From contig NC_068981.1 in the NCBI RefSeq assembly GCF_001194135.2, positions 58,378,707-58,442,706 of the forward strand: 64,000 bases of DNA. Reading direction: 5' to 3'. A program made the translations under genes and the position numbers. The first letter of the stretch is position 1, and every line of letters begins with the position of its first letter. Source of the DNA: Octopus bimaculoides (Eukaryota). Positions 62,632 through 64,000 of this stretch are shown one piece after another. The notes beneath the pieces were generated by a model. The model searched no databases and was not told the DNA's origin. It saw only the letters and a program-made list of their open reading frames with translations.

Positions 62632-63787
62632 GTTGGTTGATATGTTTTGCTAAAATTGCTGTTTCTTTTCAGATATCATCAGAAAAGGGTTAATTAAAAT
62701 TCATTAAAAAGACAGATCTATCAGACTTTCAAAGAGGTCATTGTTGGTGCTCATATGGCAGGCGCTAGTGTAACAAAAACAACCAAAATGTTTGGTATAT
62801 AAAGAAGTGCTGTCTCGATAGTAATGACAGCCTTTGAGAAAGAGGGATAAACCTCTTCATCAAAACAAAACTCTGGAAAAAAAACCAAAACTTTCAGAAA
62901 GGGACTGTTGGACTCTAACATGAATTGTTAGAATTACAAAAGTACAGCTCCCAAAATTACTGCAGAGCTTAATGACCACCTCGAGGACCCAGTTTCCACA
63001 AAAACTGTTTGCCGGGAGCTGCACAAAGCCAGATTTCATGGGAGGGCTGCAATCAGAAAACCACTAATTTCAAAAACAAATGTTGCAAAGCATTTAGAGT
63101 GGAGTAAAAACCTACAGAATTGGTCCCTAGAGCAGTGGAAGAATGTTATTTTCTTAGACGAGTCATCCTTTAACTTATTTCTGACCACCAGCCAAGTAGA
63201 CGTGTCAAGATAGACAAAAGAAGCATTTGACCTAGACTGCCTTCTTCCAACTGTTAAACATGGAGGAGGATTTGTGATGATCTGGGGGGCTATATCTAGG
63301 AAATCCACCAGCCCAATGGTTTCCCTTCATGGCAGAATTAATAGTCAAGACTATTTAAACATTTTATCTGATCAAATTCATCCTATGGTTGTGTAACTGT
63401 TTCCAGAGTGAAACGCAATCTTTCAGGATGATGATGCACCAATTCACACAGCTAAAGTTGTTACTGAATGGCACATGGAACATTTTAGTGAAGTTGAACA
63501 TCTTATTTAGCCACCACAGTCCCCAGATCTCAATATTATTGAACATTTATGGTGCATTTTAAAAAAACAAGTAAGGATTTGATATCCTCCACCATCATCA
63601 CTACAAGAACTGGAAACTGTTTTAGTTTAAGAATGGACAAAAATTCCCTTGGAAACAATTCAAACTTTGTACGAATTCATACCCTGTAGAGTTCAAGCTG
63701 AAATTACTGCCAAAGGTGGTCCTACCCCATATTAAAATAAATTTGTTTGAAATTTTAAGGTGTTTCCATTATTTTGTCCAACCCCTG
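62632..63787 (+). mobile_element. Tc1 DNA transposon relic (transposase pseudogene, 5' TIR missing)
   Basis: LSDFQRG, WKNVIFLDESSF, HGGG.VMIWG, FQDDDAPIH, PPQSPDLNIIEHLW, AKGGPTPY*. The 3' TIR-like end ...attttgtccaacccctg is followed by TA. Multiple stops. Confidence 0.92.
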
Positions 63788-63825
63788 TATGTATGTATAT
63801 ATATATATTGTGCATGTGTGTGTGT

Positions 63826-64000
63826 ATCATCATCATCGTTTAACGTCCGCTTTCCATGCTAGCATGGGTTGGACGATTTGACTGAGGACTGGTGAAACCG
63901 GATGGCAACACCAGGCTCCAGTCTAATTTGGCAGAGTTTCTACAGCTGGATGCCCTTCCTAACGCCAACCACTCAGAGAGTGTAGTGGGTGCTTTTACGT
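63826..64000 (-). mobile_element. Young (GAT)n-tailed element, inverted relative to 62448-62622, runs off window
   Basis: Three mismatches in 175 nt against the + copy. Confidence 0.92.

Noticed and set aside
62684-62693. aaagggttaa as the right terminus of a piggyBac-like element starting at 61618
   Set aside because: The match is short and appears to lie within the Tc1 5' region; the intervening sequence does not support one element.

Overview
AT-rich, microsatellite- and retroposon-dense animal genomic DNA with five N-gaps. The repeat families suggest a coleoid cephalopod, most likely Octopus (inference). Two divergently oriented spliceosomal genes enter the window. On the - strand are the first three coding exons of a TENT4/PAPD5-7/Trf4-type non-canonical poly(A) polymerase (28046-27679, 5800-5677, 3077-3031; gene continues past the left edge; intron 1 about 21.9 kb). 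On the + strand are the first ten coding exons of the elongation factor/histone chaperone SPT6 (49581-60568; continues past the right edge). All exon junctions are GT-AG and phase-consistent. The ~21.5 kb between the start codons and the introns hold decayed Tx1, RTE, CR1 and R4/Dong-like LINEs, several tRNA-type SINE families, a solo LTR, hAT and Tc1/pogo-type MITEs and a Tc1 transposase relic. I found no new gene system with certainty. The most notable observations are: (1) a 7-kb head-to-tail array of seven co-oriented R4/Dong-like insertions, mostly nested in (TAA)n-type tails; (2) an RTE LINE with a complete C4HC3 PHD finger inside its reverse transcriptase region; (3) a hammerhead-like motif plus a 40-bp-stem hairpin flanking a gap, possibly a retrozyme-like element; (4) a 98%-identical inverted repeat pair in an SPT6 intron that should be an ADAR substrate. 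TE coordinates are approximate unless TSDs/TIRs are given.
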